Part shown: one piece after another, positions 13,201 to 26,120 of the stretch
How positions within the stretch are numbered: position 1 is the stretch's first letter
How the letters are laid out: every line of letters starts with the position of its first letter
DNA from: Azolla caroliniana
Lineage: Eukaryota > Plantae > Polypodiophyta
DNA length: 64,000 nt
Assembly (NCBI GenBank): GCA_043228905.1
Contig: JBHGNT010000015.1
Coordinates: 11,594,001-11,658,000 of the forward strand
Reading direction: 5' to 3'
The notes under the pieces: model-generated
What the model saw: the letters and a program-made list of their open reading frames with translations, nothing else
What the model was told of the DNA's origin: nothing
Database searches by the model: none
Position numbers and translations under genes: made by a program

Positions 13201-15098
13201 ATCCTTTGTCTTCGGCACGGAAACCCACAACTTCTGGCTATAGTTGTCTATGAAGGTCACGAAATACTATGAACCATCATACGACTTTGTATCAACGTAG
13301 GATACATCCATATGCATGGGTTCCAGCGGCATTTTCTTCCTCATCAGGGGCCTCGATCAGAAAGAGGTTCCATTTTACTTACTAGCCAGGCAGTCGACAC
13401 ACTTGTCCAGATGCACTTTCTTCATCTTCGGCAGGAGATCTTTCTCTGCTAGCTTTTGCATTCACTTCTAACTCATGTAGCACAGGCTCTTATGCCATAG
13501 CTAAATGGTTGTGTTGGCTGACACGTTTGTCTCGTTTTGGCATAATTGAGCTTCATTATATACAGTGTGTTGGTTTTCTGGGCTCACGCCACGATCTGGC
13601 ACCCTTTGGAGAACTTCATCATGCCATTCCGGATGCTACCCATGTAACCTTCGTCATCTAGCCGACCGGTTGATATTAATTTCAATCGAATTTCCGGAAC
13701 GTGTCGAACATTTCTCAGCACTAGTCTACACCCAGTCGATGTCATCAGGCATGCATCTCCTATGTCGACAATTCGGCATGCTCCTTCTTTTCCCATTTTT
13801 ACAAGACCGTGGTCTCCGGCCTTGTATGATGAGAAGCACTTTTGTTTGGGGTTAGGTGAAACGATGCACCCAAATCAACCACACATGTTGATTTTTCATC
13901 GACGAGATTGACCTCATTTTGTTCACTAATGAACAACAACTCCTCTTCCCTCGTGGCGATTGCTTAGGTGTTCTTTTTGTCTAGGATTTTCTTCGGCTCT
14001 ACACCATCAGCTCCCCCTTTCTCCTTTCGAAAGTGTCGGAAATTCTTGTGAAAGTGCCCCGACTTCCCACAAGAAGCACATGGGCCTTCCCCTCAACTTT
14101 GACCTTGTCCCCGACTTATCTCGATTTTGGGGACCTCAATTTCAGCCTCTTCCTCGATTCGTGTCACTTTCCATGACAATGTCCTTCGGGTCGGTATTGG
14201 AGTCTCGGTCCTTTTGGCGAGCTTCCTCATTTAGTAAGGTCGACTTCACATGCTTTAGGGATAGATGTTTCCCTTCAGGTCCCATGTTGCTTAATGTGCC
14301 AACATCGTTTCCCAACTGTCTGGAAGGGATCCCAGCAACAATAGTGCTAATACCTCATCTTCGAACTGCACCGACAACCAGAGGTCTTTGCACACGAGCA
14401 TGTCTCTCATCTTCGACTTCCACACTGAGTAGTTGGAGCCGGTAAGTTTGAACATGCCGCCAAACGAGTATTCCATCGCTCTAATACCACTTTGTTAGGA
14501 TCGTGACCGGCCACAATCGGTCTCACTTTCTAATGTTCAAGTGCAAAGATCAAGAAAGATAGTGCATAGACAGAAAAACATGAAGGCAGACAAAAACCAA
14601 GTACAGAGACACAAGATATTTAACGTGGAAACCCAAAAAGGGATAAATCACAGGGGTCCACAAACCCTGAGAAATAAGATCACTATGATAGAGGAGAAGT
14701 ACAATATGAAACTCGGAGGAAACGACCGGGAGTTCTTCTTCGTCAGACAGATGGCTGCAGAGTTACTACTCTCACTCTCTCTCACACTAACACATAGTTC
14801 CATAGGCAACTACCATAGTGTAACTGTACAACTATATTGATTCTACTACACCACACCTTTTCATAAAGTTTTCCCTAGTTGTTTATATACTAAAACAACT
14901 TTCAGGTTATTTACAAATACAACCCACAAGGTGCACATGTAGACTATTTACAATTATAGCCCCTAGAATCAGTCACAAAATCAATTTTTTACTTCGATTT
15001 TGGTTTCGGCATGATTTTGATTTTAGATTTTGATTTCGGTTTCGAGTTTACTCATTGATTCTGCACATCCCATCTGGAGAGACCTAGTTTTCGCAACA
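10262..15098 (-). mobile_element. Tnt1/Tork-like Copia element D inserted in the 5' LTR of C
   Basis: TSD ATTAA (10257-10261 / 15099-15103). LTRs 10262-10862 and 14493-15098; PBS 14477-14489; PPT about 10863-10876. Confidence 0.93.
10880..14476 (-). pseudogene. gag-pol: Degenerate gag-pol of Copia D
   Basis: MEYSFGGMFKLTGSNYSVWKSKM, AERMNRTIMERVRSML, DFDEIFSPVVKMTSI and YVDD are present. Many stops and frameshifts, plus a gag deletion (WLSVQF|EDEVLALL). Confidence 0.9.
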
Positions 15099-15297
15099 AT
15101 TAACCCTAGTTAAGTACCTAATTATTAACATGGTATCAAAGCGTGTGGTTTAGTACATCCACCAAGCCTACCCGACTTCGTGATTGTGTGTTCGAGACGC
15201 CGACGACAAATCTAGCTATCCGCTACCGTAGTGTCGCTATGTAGCACGTGTACGTGACCAAAGGAAGAAAAGCCAGGAAGGAGGATACTACATCAAC

Positions 15298-18080
15298 ATG
15301 AGCACACAAATGGGTAGCTCGCTCCAAAGTGAAAAGCTAGACCGGAGCAATTACTCATCTTGGGAGTACAAGATGAACCAATACCTAGTCGGCCAAGGGT
15401 ATTGGAGCTACATCACCGATGCACTAGAAAACAAACTCGACATCACAAACGCCAACTACTGAACGTGGGAGCAAGGAGCGAATTGGGTAATGTATTTCTT
15501 GGCAACATGTGTCCATGACAACATGCTTAGCCACATTCGAGACACCAAGACGCGTAAAGAAGCATGGACGAACTTAAAGAAAATTTTCGCCACCAACACA
15601 ACCGCCCGCAAACTTCAACTCTGGCAAGAGTTGAACAACATACGACAAAAAGATATGCTCGTGTCAAACTACACCGCCAAATCAAGAGCATTTGTGACTT
15701 GCTTGGGTCCATCAACATAAATGTTGACGAAGACGAGATGGTTCAAGAATGCTTAGGTGGCCTCGCACATCAGTTCGACCCGATAAGGACGGTTATCTTA
15801 GCGAGAGAAAACCCTCCTTCATTTTTCGACCTCCAATCAATGTTACCGGTCGAAGAGAACCATGTCTGAACCAAGACCAAGCCGTCGGAGGGAAAAATGT
15901 TCTTCTCGAATTCGGATGGTGGCCGAGGATGAGGTCGAGGCGGTAGAAGAGGTTGATTCGACCCATCTCACGAAGGGAACTCAAACCTTCAAAAACAAGA
16001 CGGAAAACATCGAGGAACCTTTGGAAGAAGGGGGAGCTTCAATGCCGAACAAAATAGGCAAACAATGCCACTTACCTACAACTATTGTGGGAAGATTAGC
16101 CATCGCGAAGAGGAGTTTCGGGAGAAGAGAAGTGAGTCGGCTTCGACAAGCCAACAACTCACAAATTATGCCACTAACTTTGAATACGATGACTATGGTG
16201 GGCTATTCATAATGAGACATAGAGCGAACTCTATGACAACCTCCCACTCCACTAGCACCCCCGAACTCGGAAGACGTGTGGTTCATCGACTCTAGTGTCT
16301 CACATCATCTGATGTCACACCAAAGAGTGGTTTCGTGACCTAAGAATGTTGAATCGACCTAGCTACATAGAGATGAGAGACGACACCACACATCCCATTC
16401 GGCAGATCGGCAACATCGACACATTGGCACAATTGCATCAAGAATGTCTTGCACGTGCCTACAATAACAAAGAATTTGGTCTTGGTTGGCCAAATTGTGG
16501 AGCAAAGCATGCAAGTTTGTTTCAACAATGAAGAATGCTTCATAGAAAGAGATGGCTGACTCATAGCTAAGGGACGATAAGATGGTCGAATGTTCATTCT
16601 AGATTTGAACGAGGTGAAATTGTCCATGTATGCCAAAGGTCTCAAAACCGAGATGAAAATCGAGTTGTGGCACAAGAGAATCGGCCACATCAATCTCCAA
16701 TGGCTTCAAATAATGCAATCCAAGAGAGTCGTCATCAGACTTCCAGCCTTCAAGCCGAAATGAGTCGATTGAGTTTGCGAAGCATGTCAACTCAGCAAAC
16801 AACATCGACTCCCATTTCCAAAGGAGAGCTACGTAAGCAAAGGCCTCCTTGATGTCATCCATTCGGACGTATGGGGATCGGCCCAAATGCCGACGATTGG
16901 CAGATGCCGATACTACGTCACCTTCATCGATGACTACTCCCGCTACACGTGGATCTTCTCGATGAAGTTGAAGAGGGAAGTGCTCTCCCACTTCCAAAAT
17001 CTTAAGAGCCAGGTTGAAAAAGAAACCAGCGACACATTCGATGCCCATGATCGGATGGAGGCAAGGAGTACTTCTCGGACGAATTCATCTTGTAACTCCA
17101 GGTATCCGGAGAGAATTTCCATGTTGACACACACCCCAACAAAATGGAGTAGCCGAAATGAAGATTTGGAACATACTCATGGTAGCACGCGCCATGATGC
17201 ATGAGAAGCACATACCGAAATTCTATTGGGCCGAAGTGGCATCCACAACTGTGTATCTCATGAATCGATGCACCACTAATGGAGTGCATGAGCTAACTCC
17301 ATACGAACTCCTTGTTGGAAGGAAGTCGATCCTATCACACCTCAAAGTGTTTAGAAGCATTGCGAATGTACGCATCCCGAACGAAAAATGACAGAAGGGT
17401 GACGTGAAGTCAGAGAAATGTATCCTCGTAAAAATGTATCGGAGAAAAAGGCATACAAGTGCTTCAGCCCCTTGACCTGAGCGGTTCGGTTAAGTCGAGA
17501 CATAGTTTTCAACGAATCGACATCTTGGTATGAGCCCGCCCGACTCCATTTGACTCAACATAGGAAGAGTTGAACGTCAACTCGGATGAAGATATTCGGC
17601 CAAGTCCTCTACCAAAGGATAGTCCAAGCTCTACCGAGCGCAGTGGACCACATGAGTCTTCACGCGACCAAAGCACGTCGCAGCCACGTCCGAAAATGGA
17701 CAACGGCAAAGGCAAGATGCCCGAGTACGAAGTCGACCACTCCAACGACAGTGATCCAGATGTGTCGACTCGCTCACTAGATAGTGAGTTTGGTGTACCC
17801 ATTATGTGGACACATGGAGTACAAAAGGCACTCACATCGGCAAACGGAAAAATCCCGATGCTCATCTCGAGAGAAGAACCCGGTCACTCGGTTCGGCTAC
17901 AACGGGTATATGGCCCATCACTATGCCTTCACGATGAAGGGGGCGGCCGAACGAGAGCTCGAAAGCCTTACGGAAGCGGTTCATGATCATTGACGGATGG
18001 AAACCATGGATGACGAGATGCAAGCACTCGGCCTTCGACCATTTAGCGCTACAAGCCTTCGTCATAGGCTTGAGGGGGAG
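15298..18080 (+). pseudogene. gag-pol: Copia gag-PR-INT of element C (no RT/RH)
   Basis: MSTQMGSSLQSEKLDR.., then PR and INT (HSDVWG, FIDDYSR). DEMQAL is followed within ~45 nt by the terminal LRG motif. Confidence 0.88.
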
Positions 18081-18189
18081 GAATCAAAACTGCTACGAAA
18101 ATGCCAATGCGAACGCCGACATCAAAAGCAGGACAATGCTGAAAGCAAAACTGGATGTCGGGTGCCTCACACTTGAACTTGAGGGGGCG

Positions 18190-18651
18190 TGTTTAGATAT
18201 CAAGCTCAACTAGGTTTAGTTATTTAGTCAACAATGTAGCTTAGTAGTTACATAATTAGAATCTAGTTAGAAATGTTGACCTTCAAGCCTTAAATAGGAT
18301 TTTGTATTTAGTGGGGATGCATTCTAGATCCTCCACTACCAAGTTCATTAAATATAGGACTTACATCCTTGTACCTATATTTTCCTCACATATGTGCACC
18401 CTTGCACATGAGATGTATATATACCTCATTGTGGGTATCTTTGTTCTTTGATGCTTATTAATATAGAGAAAGGTCTTTAGCTACACTCTTGTTAATCATC
18501 CCCCAATTTATATTGTTGTTCATAAATCTATCTTCCTCTCTCTCTTCCTTTCACACACATACACTCACAAATCACATAATCTTCTTCTACTTTATCAATA
18601 CTCACCTAATTAGAACCTAATTAACCCTAGTTAATTACCTAATTGTTAATA
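18190..18651 (+). repeat. 3' LTR of Copia C
   Basis: Follows PPT cttgagggggcg and is colinear with the reassembled 5' LTR. Confidence 0.92.
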
Positions 18652-18879
18652 GAGAGAAAAGTTGGCTATGGTCCCAATAATGAATGTTTGTGGAACGAGA
18701 AAGAAGGTCCAACATTCAAGCTTCACTGTCATGGATTGGTATTGCAAACCAAAAAAGAAGACAATGAATGTAAGACAAGAAATTAGAAATTGAGAGAGGA
18801 AAAATGAATTGTACTTATGATTTCGTAGTTGGTGTTGTTCACCTTGATTGGGATCAAGATGAACAACTATATTTGTACA
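18652..18879 (+). pseudogene. Fossil Gypsy gag fragment 3
   Basis: Encodes EKEGPTFKL, compared with M Gag KSGPSFKL. It continues fragment 2 across the TSD of C. Confidence 0.55.
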
Positions 18880-19751
18880 TGTTAATGATAACTATTGGGA
18901 TAAAAGTCCCACTCCGCCCACCTTCTATCTCTAGTGTGAACACACAATTAACCTAACTATATAAGTGGGTAAATGACCTTGTAAAGTAGGTTTGAGGGTT
19001 AATGTAAGGTAGTCTTCTTTGAGCACATCTCTCTCTCTCTCTCTCTCTCTATGCAACTGTCTATTTTCATCTCCTTGAACTTTGTCATAGTGCATATCTC
19101 TATCTTAATCACTATTTATGTTGTTTGCTAGACTCACTGACAGGTCCTCAATCTTATTCCGCAACATCAACTTCAATACTCAACAAGTGGTATCAAAGCA
19201 ACTTATAGTCCAATAACAACAACAAGATAAATTCAAGGAAAGGATCAGGTCAGCAAATCTCACTTCCAACAAAACATGGCTTCAACATCCAACACGAAAG
19301 TAGAAATCCGGAAGTTTGACGGCAAGAACTTTGCCCTACGGAAGGAGATGATGTAGGATGTACTGGTCATCCGGCGTCAAATCGAAATACGACACAACAA
19401 CAAGCCAACTTCGATGACAACAGACAAATGATGCTCTCTGGACGAAATAGTTAGGTCGACCATCCGAATGCATCTGTCCGAGAATGTCTAGTTTAGCATG
19501 GCCAAAGAGACGTCGACATTTGCCTTGTGGGAGAAGCTCGAGGCCATTTATGAAAAGAAGTCCTCCTCATCGAAGCTCATGTTGATCCGACAACTGTTGA
19601 ATATGAAGATGAGAGAGACGGATCCAATGACTTCTCACGTCAATACCTTCAGCTGGGTGTTGTCTGAACTCTCCTCCCAAGGGATAAACTTCGAAGAAGA
19701 GGTTAAAGCCCTTGCTTTGCTTTTGAGCCTGCCAACGAGTTGGGAAGCATT
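18880..19751 (+). mobile_element. Truncated Copia element E (5' LTR, PBS, gag start)
   Basis: LTR about 18880-19185 (TGTT..AACA); PBS tggtatcaaagc at 19188. Gag from ~19277 reads MASTSNTKVEIRKFDGKNF...ALALLLSLPTSWE. Confidence 0.8.
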
Positions 19752-19993
19752 TGTTAGGAATATGTCCCTCCTATGGGAGCAGCCGACTGGTCGGGCCAAG
19801 TGCCGACAGTCGAAGACAAGAAGCAACCGATTGGTCTGGCTGACAACCGATAGTCAAAGACATTGAGAATCGACTGCAGGAGACGATAGTAGGATCGACT
19901 AGTCGGGCCGACCAGTTGGTTGAAGACAAAGCCGACTGGTCAGGCCGACTAGATAGTCAACACTGGAGTCGATTAGTCAAATCGACTAGTCGA
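19752..19993 (+). repeat. Start of a Tork-like LTR rich in (c)cgactggtc/tcgactagtc repeats
   Basis: Begins tgttaggaatatgtccctcc, which resembles the reverse complement of the end of the 9520-10165 solo LTR and the start of the J LTR. Confidence 0.7.
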
Positions 19994-20260
19994 CACTCTG
20001 GCATGGGATGTCTTGTCAATCCGATCCATCTCCTACACATGTCCAGCTTGTCAACGGGCAACACCTTGGTCAGCATGTCAGACCCGTTCTCCTCCATATG
20101 GATCTTTGTCAGCTAGACTTATTTATCTTCAACCTTCTCCCGGAGACAATGATATCTTCTCTGGATGTTCTTGGTCTGGGAATTGTAGGTCACGTTCTTC
20201 GAGAAGTGGATAGCACTTTGACTATCGCAGTAGAGCCGGAATTCCTCTCTCTTAACCCTG
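19994..20260 (-). pseudogene. Tork-like Copia RNase H C-terminal fragment
   Basis: Similar to 27361-27610 of H (KIHMEENGSDMLTKVL-like). Confidence 0.8.
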
Positions 20261-20600
20261 AAGGCATATATTGATCAGACAACACCATTATATGTTGAAT
20301 ATGCTCTTCAAGTTCGAGACGGTGGATTGTAAATCTGTCTCAACTCCTTTGGACAGAAACATAAAGCTTCGCCAAAATTCGGGAACGATGTGTGACCTCA
20401 CATGATTCCAACAAATTGTCGGAAGCCTCATTTACTTGAAGATCATTCAACCGGACCTCAGTTACCTGGTTAGCTTGATCAGTCAATTCATGTCGCGGCC
20501 AAAGGCGAAACACCTTTAGTGCGCGCAAAGGATATTGTGATATGTCAGCGGCACTAAGGATAGGGCAATGTTGTATCAGGCAAGAGTAGCCGAGGTTGAG
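20261..20600 (+). pseudogene. Copia (A-type) RT C-terminal fragment
   Basis: Homologous to A 3480-3790 (..HYMLNMLFKF..TPLDRNIKL..RPDLSYLVSLISQFM..YVSGT). Confidence 0.7.
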
Positions 20601-21622
20601 CCATCAATTGGCCGATTCTAGGGAGATGTGGTGGTCTTGAGGAGGTGCATGTTGACTACCTTAGGGAGATGTGGTGTTCTTGATTATTATTCTAATTAAT
20701 TTCTAATTACACAAATTTTCGTTTAACTTTTGTATGATTTTCTAGTAATTGTCATTTACCCACCCACAATTAACTCTCTTTCTTGCCTTTATTTTAATTT
20801 CATCTACACTATTTACGTACGTTTAATGGTGTAACGATTCATGTAGACTATTTTTTAATATTGAGTGGGCATCATGCCGTTTTTTGAACGATTTTTTCCA
20901 ACGGTCCATCTAGGTTTAACTCATATTATCGAGCCTTAGAACTCGAGTAAAACCACATGAGTTCCCCTATTGATGTTTTACTCATAGATTTGAGTTCTAC
21001 ATCTTTGCGCACAACACCACCGCCACTTGTATCAATTTGTGGCTTATGTCACAATTGTGCAAATTACAACCACCATATTGGGATGTATATGTACATACCT
21101 CGCACCATCCATTTATTTGTGATATTTTTTTTAAGTAGGTAACACATGGGTTTTTTTACCCTTATTTTCGTCACTGCTTGATTCTTATGGGTAGTGCCTT
21201 ATTTTATCATTTTTGTCATAACATTTGCTTGTTACTCGCAAGACTAGAATATTACTTGTGAGTGCACTTGTTTTTTCACGTGATACACTTTCTCGACCAT
21301 ATCAATACATGTTGGGTTGGCATTCTAATATAAGGCTAACTAGGAAACTACGTTGACGTTAGAACCATGGTTGAGCCTTGGGGAGCCGGCATGATTATTC
21401 AAGAGACCCAAGAAAGACATCTTACCTATGTTTTCCCCCATGGTTTTTAAAACACCATAGTGTTACCATAGTTATCGGATCTCAAATCACATCTCATATG
21501 TGTAGAGGGGTAAAGACGTGAGATGCTTTCTTGGTAAAGTTCTTACAATCAAAATTTCAAGCATTCATTTTGCTTGTGTATTTACTGAACCTCATTTATA
21601 TTGCATACCCACAACTTGCATC

Positions 21623-24600
21623 ATGGAACAAGTTTTGAATGTTGTTGGAGCAATCTCTCCGACCGAGACCTCTCAAATCCAATCCGCATCTCGCACACAA
21701 GCTGAGATCACTATTGAGCAATTGCTCACTACTACCTTGAATCAATTCGCCGAAATGAGGCAGGACAATATGGCATTGCAAAAGTAATTCCAAGAATTGA
21801 CTATTGAGTCCAAGAAAGAAGGTGAGCCTTCTTTTGTAGTAACGCCATTCAAGGGAGATAAGAAAGAAAGAACCGAGGAGGCTGTTAGCACTTGGCTTGG
21901 TCATTGGGAGTCTCACTTTGAGCTCCACCCCAAGCTTGATGCTGTAAAAATTGGTTACGTCGGTCGTGAGTTAGGTGGCCGAGTTGCTGCTTGGTGGCGC
22001 GGCCTAAGGATTGCAAAGAACTTACCCACAACTTGGGAAGGTTTCGTGGATGTTTTTAAGAAAAAAAATTTGCAGCCACCTTCTCAAACTGAACAAGCGC
22101 AACACTTGCTCATGTTGTTGAGTAAGCCATTTACCTCTCTCGAGGATTATATGCATCATGCTCAGACCCAGATCCAAAAATCAGGAGTTACGGGTGAGAA
22201 ATGGTTTGTTGCTTGCTTTTTGAATGGTATTCGAAATGGGGATTACCATTGGATTTTCCATGACAAGGACCCCACAACTTTTGACGAAGCCGTCAACATT
22301 GTATTTCGGTACCATAGGACTTCCAAGAAAGACCACAGTAAACCTGAGTTCGCTAAAACTCTGAACGTCAAGTTCATTGGGAAATGTAAGCAATCCAATG
22401 ACACTCTTGACCGCGACTCCAAGAAACCTAACCTCTTTTGTGCATATTGCAAGAAACGGGGCCACACAAAGGATACCTGTCGTTGTCTTGAGAGGAAGTC
22501 AATGAATACCCCTCCTCAAGACAAATCTACGAGTTACACAGGTGACTCTTTTGATGTTGTTAAAGTTCATACCAACCAACTTAAGTTCATGTGAATGCAC
22601 TTTTCCTTCACATTTACTTGGACCTAATGATTTACTCCGAGCAGTCGGGTATATCAATGGAACACAAGCACATTTCTTGTTTAATTCCGGTAGTTCTCAC
22701 AATTTTCTTAATGATCACTTTGTGCAGCAAATGGAACTCCACATAAACGCAAGTGATCATATCTATCAAGTTCACATGGCAAATGGAAGTGTTCAATACA
22801 TCAGTGGCATTGTTTGTCAACTACCAATTCAAATAGATACCTATTTGGAGAAGCTTGACTTTCATGTTATGAAATAACAATCCACAGATGTCATTTTAGG
22901 ATACCCTTGGCTTTTTAATAAAAACCCTTCTTTGTCCATTGATTGGGTTAATCACTCAATCACAATTGAACTTAATACTTGTAAACATTTTATTCAAGGT
23001 TGCAAACTTCCTTCTCGTTCACTTGTGTCTTCTAAATCTTTAAGTGAGTATTTAAGCTCATTAATTTATTCGTGTGTAAGTGATCTTGCACTTCAATTTT
23101 ATTATTTTAATATTGATGCCACACAATTACCACATTATGAACAACGATTACTCGACTCTATTTTAGACGATTTTCAAGATGTGTTTCCTAACGAATTGCC
23201 ACTTACTTTACCAAAAAAACGTAATGTGGACCATCAAATTGAACTCATTCCTAGTGTTGCTCCTGTGAGCATTCCACCTTACCAACTTAGTCGATTAGAA
23301 GAGGATGAGATCACTAAACAACTTAGGGAATACTTTAGTATGGGCCACATTAGGTATAGTAAATCACCTTGGGGTGTGCCAGTTCTATTAGTTATGAAGA
23401 AGGAAGGTTCATGGCGAATGTGTATCAATTATTGCCGTTTGAATAAAATGACAATTAAAAATGCATATCTGTTACCTCGTGCCGATGATTTGATTGATTG
23501 TTTGCATGGGGCCCAATATTTTACGAAAATTGACTTACGGATAGGTTACCATCAGATTCGCAATGCTGAGGATGATATTCCTAAAACCGCTTTTTCGTAT
23601 GCACTATGGCCATTATGAGTTTTTAGTCATGCCTTTCGGGTTGACTGATGCTCTAGCCACATTCCAACAAGCGATGAATGACATTTTCCGAGATCAACTA
23701 AGTGATTTTGTTGTCGTCTTCTTGGATGATATTTTGATATATAGCCGTACCCTGCAAGATCATGTTCAACATGTTCGATTTGTTTTGCAAAAGTTGTGTG
23801 TTAACTCTTTCTATGCAAAACATTCAAAATGTGATTTTTTCCAAAAATCTATTGTGTACCTAGGTCATTTAATTACAGAAAATGGTGTTGAAATTGAACC
23901 TTCTCATATTAAAAAGGTTAAACTTTGGCCCATTTCTCGTAATATTCGTGAACTACGATCATTCTTAGGGTTTGTTGGATTTTTACGAAAATCAATTCGT
24001 AACTATTCCAAATTGACTACACCATTAACTGACCTTTTAAAAGGTCATCCACATAAGTCTATCAAACCAATTGCATGGAATGAACAACTTGACAAATCAT
24101 TTGAGACACTCAAAGAGCATGTGTGTTTGGCTCCCACTCTTCTATTACCGGACCCTTCTAAGCCTTTCTCAATCGAAACCGATGCTAGTAATTATGCTAT
24201 TTGTGTCATTCTTTATCAAGGCGGTCACCCTATTTCTTTTGAAAGTAAGAAGCTTGATACTGCTCAATCACGGTATTCAGTTGAAGAGAAAGAGTTGTTT
24301 GCAGTAATACATGCACTTAAAACATGGAGACACTATCTCTATGGAAATAAATTTGTGGTTACAACAGACCATCAATCATTGAAGTATTTTTGTGACCAGC
24401 TAGATCTTGTTGGTCGTAAAGGCCGTTGGGCCGTTCTCATCTCGAGTACTTTTTTTTGGCTTAAGATGTGCTCTGACGTGCATAAATACGTAACTCAATG
24501 CTTCCAATGTTAGATTAATAAGTCAGAACGACTTAAAGCTGCTGGTCTTCTACATCCCTTAGATATTCCCAACAACAAATGGGAATGTATCTCGATGGAT

Positions 24601-26120
24601 TTTATTGTTAGTTTACCTCGTACACAGAGGGGTCATGATGCCATTTGGATTGTCGTTGATAGACTAACAAAATTGGCTAGATTTATTCCTACCAAAACCA
24701 CGGTAACTGCTCAACAATTGGCTTATCAATTTGTTGATGAGTTATTTCGTTTTTATGGATTACCGATGGATATTGTTAGTTTACTAGTGACTTTTGGACT
24801 GAAGTCTTTAAGAAACTAGAAACTACATTGAGCATGAGTTCCGCAGATCATCCTCAATCTGATGGACAAACTGAACGAGTTAATCAAATTATTGAGGAGA
24901 TGCTTCGAGCTTATGTAGCAAAAACCCCTTCTAAGTGGGAGCAATACCTTCCTATCTTAGAATTTGCCTATAATAGCTCTGAACATACATCCACTGGATA
25001 TAGTCCTTTTATGTTGATGTATGGTTTTCAGCCACGTACCCCAGTTGATGTCGCGATTCATCGTGATACATTAGACAGTACACGCAATTTTTTGCAAGAC
25101 ATGAACCAAATGTTGCATATTGCCAAAGAGAATGTCAAGACGGCTCAAGATCGTGCTCGATTTTATGTTGATCAGGATAGATGTCCTCGTGCATTTACTA
25201 TTGGTCAAAAAGTTTTTTTGCATTTCCCTACTGACTCTACGTCATTGTCTACAGGTAAGTGCGCTAAGTTAACCCCATGATATTGTGGTCCATTTGAAAT
25301 CCTTAAGCGGGTTGGGTGATCTTCTTATCACCTTGCCTTACCCCGTAACGTTGGTATTCATCCTGTTTTTCATGTTAGTCGTCTAAAACCATTTTTAGGC
25401 TCTGGGGATAACACCATCACAATCCAAGATCTTGTAACATTAGAAGATTTTTCTTACAAACCTCATGTTCCTGAACGAATTCTTGATTCTCATACTAAAC
25501 TTTTACGTTCTAAAGAGATTCGGCTATTCAAGGTCAAATGGATGGATAAACCTATTGATGATGCCACATGGGAACGCGAGCATACTCTTAAGGCACAATT
25601 TCCTCACTTTATATTGCAAGAGTGCAATATCTTGAAGTAGGGGAGTATGTTATGTACACATAACGTTGGTGAGGGTAGGTCACCAATATTTACATTAGTG
25701 AAGGGTATTTTCACTAATGTTAGAAAGGGGACTAATGATTGGATAGAAGGAATGATAGGTGCATGCACTATCATGATTTGGACAACCAATGAATGGAGAA
25801 CCGTTTAGAAAGGCATATCTATTCAAGGGGCCTAGGAAAAGGTATAAATATGAGGCTTAGCTAACCTCATAATGACATTACGTCAGAAGGCTGCCGTCTT
25901 AGACACCGGTGGTGCGGGATAGGCTTTCGTCTCGACGGTCGTGTTTATCTCTTCCAAGGTATTAGTCATCCTAATATCCGGCGGTATGGGACATCGGTGG
26001 TAGGGTGGCTATGTATAGACCATAGCTCGAGGGTGGTCGAGTGGAACGGGTTCTTCTATCCATTCTATTTTCCTTCTTTTACTTTAGTTTGCTCTATTGA
26101 TTAGTAATAGACTCTTAACA
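21623..26120 (+). mobile_element. Chromoviral Ty3/Gypsy element F (no 5' LTR found)
   Basis: Gag CAYCKKRGHTKDTC, PR FLFNSGSSHNF, RT FLDDILIYS, RH ETDAS, INT MDFIV..DGQTE, GPF, chromodomain PERILDSH..FKVKWMDKPIDDATWE. PPT tagggga is followed by LTR 25648-26120 (TGTTA..TAACA). Confidence 0.9.
25648..26120 (+). repeat. 3' LTR of Gypsy F
   Basis: TGTTA...TAACA termini and a TATA box (tataaata, ~25843). It is followed directly by integrase codons of G. Confidence 0.8.

Larger units (their letters stand above)
9176..18651 (+). mobile_element. Ty1/Copia element C, lacking RT/RNase H, 5' LTR interrupted by two insertions
   Basis: TSD GAGAG (9171-9175 / 18652-18656). The 5' LTR is in three pieces: 9176-9519, 10166-10261 and 15099-15130. 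PBS tggtatcaaagcg 15131-15143; 3' LTR 18190-18651. Confidence 0.93.

Noticed and set aside
20610-21600. AT-rich unassigned stretch as the 5' LTR of F or a DNA transposon
   Set aside because: No similarity to the F 3' LTR, no PBS, and no terminal inverted repeat or TSD that I could verify.
22540-22600. Programmed frameshift between gag and PR in F
   Set aside because: F has many random disablements and no clear slippery site, so the frame change cannot be distinguished from decay.
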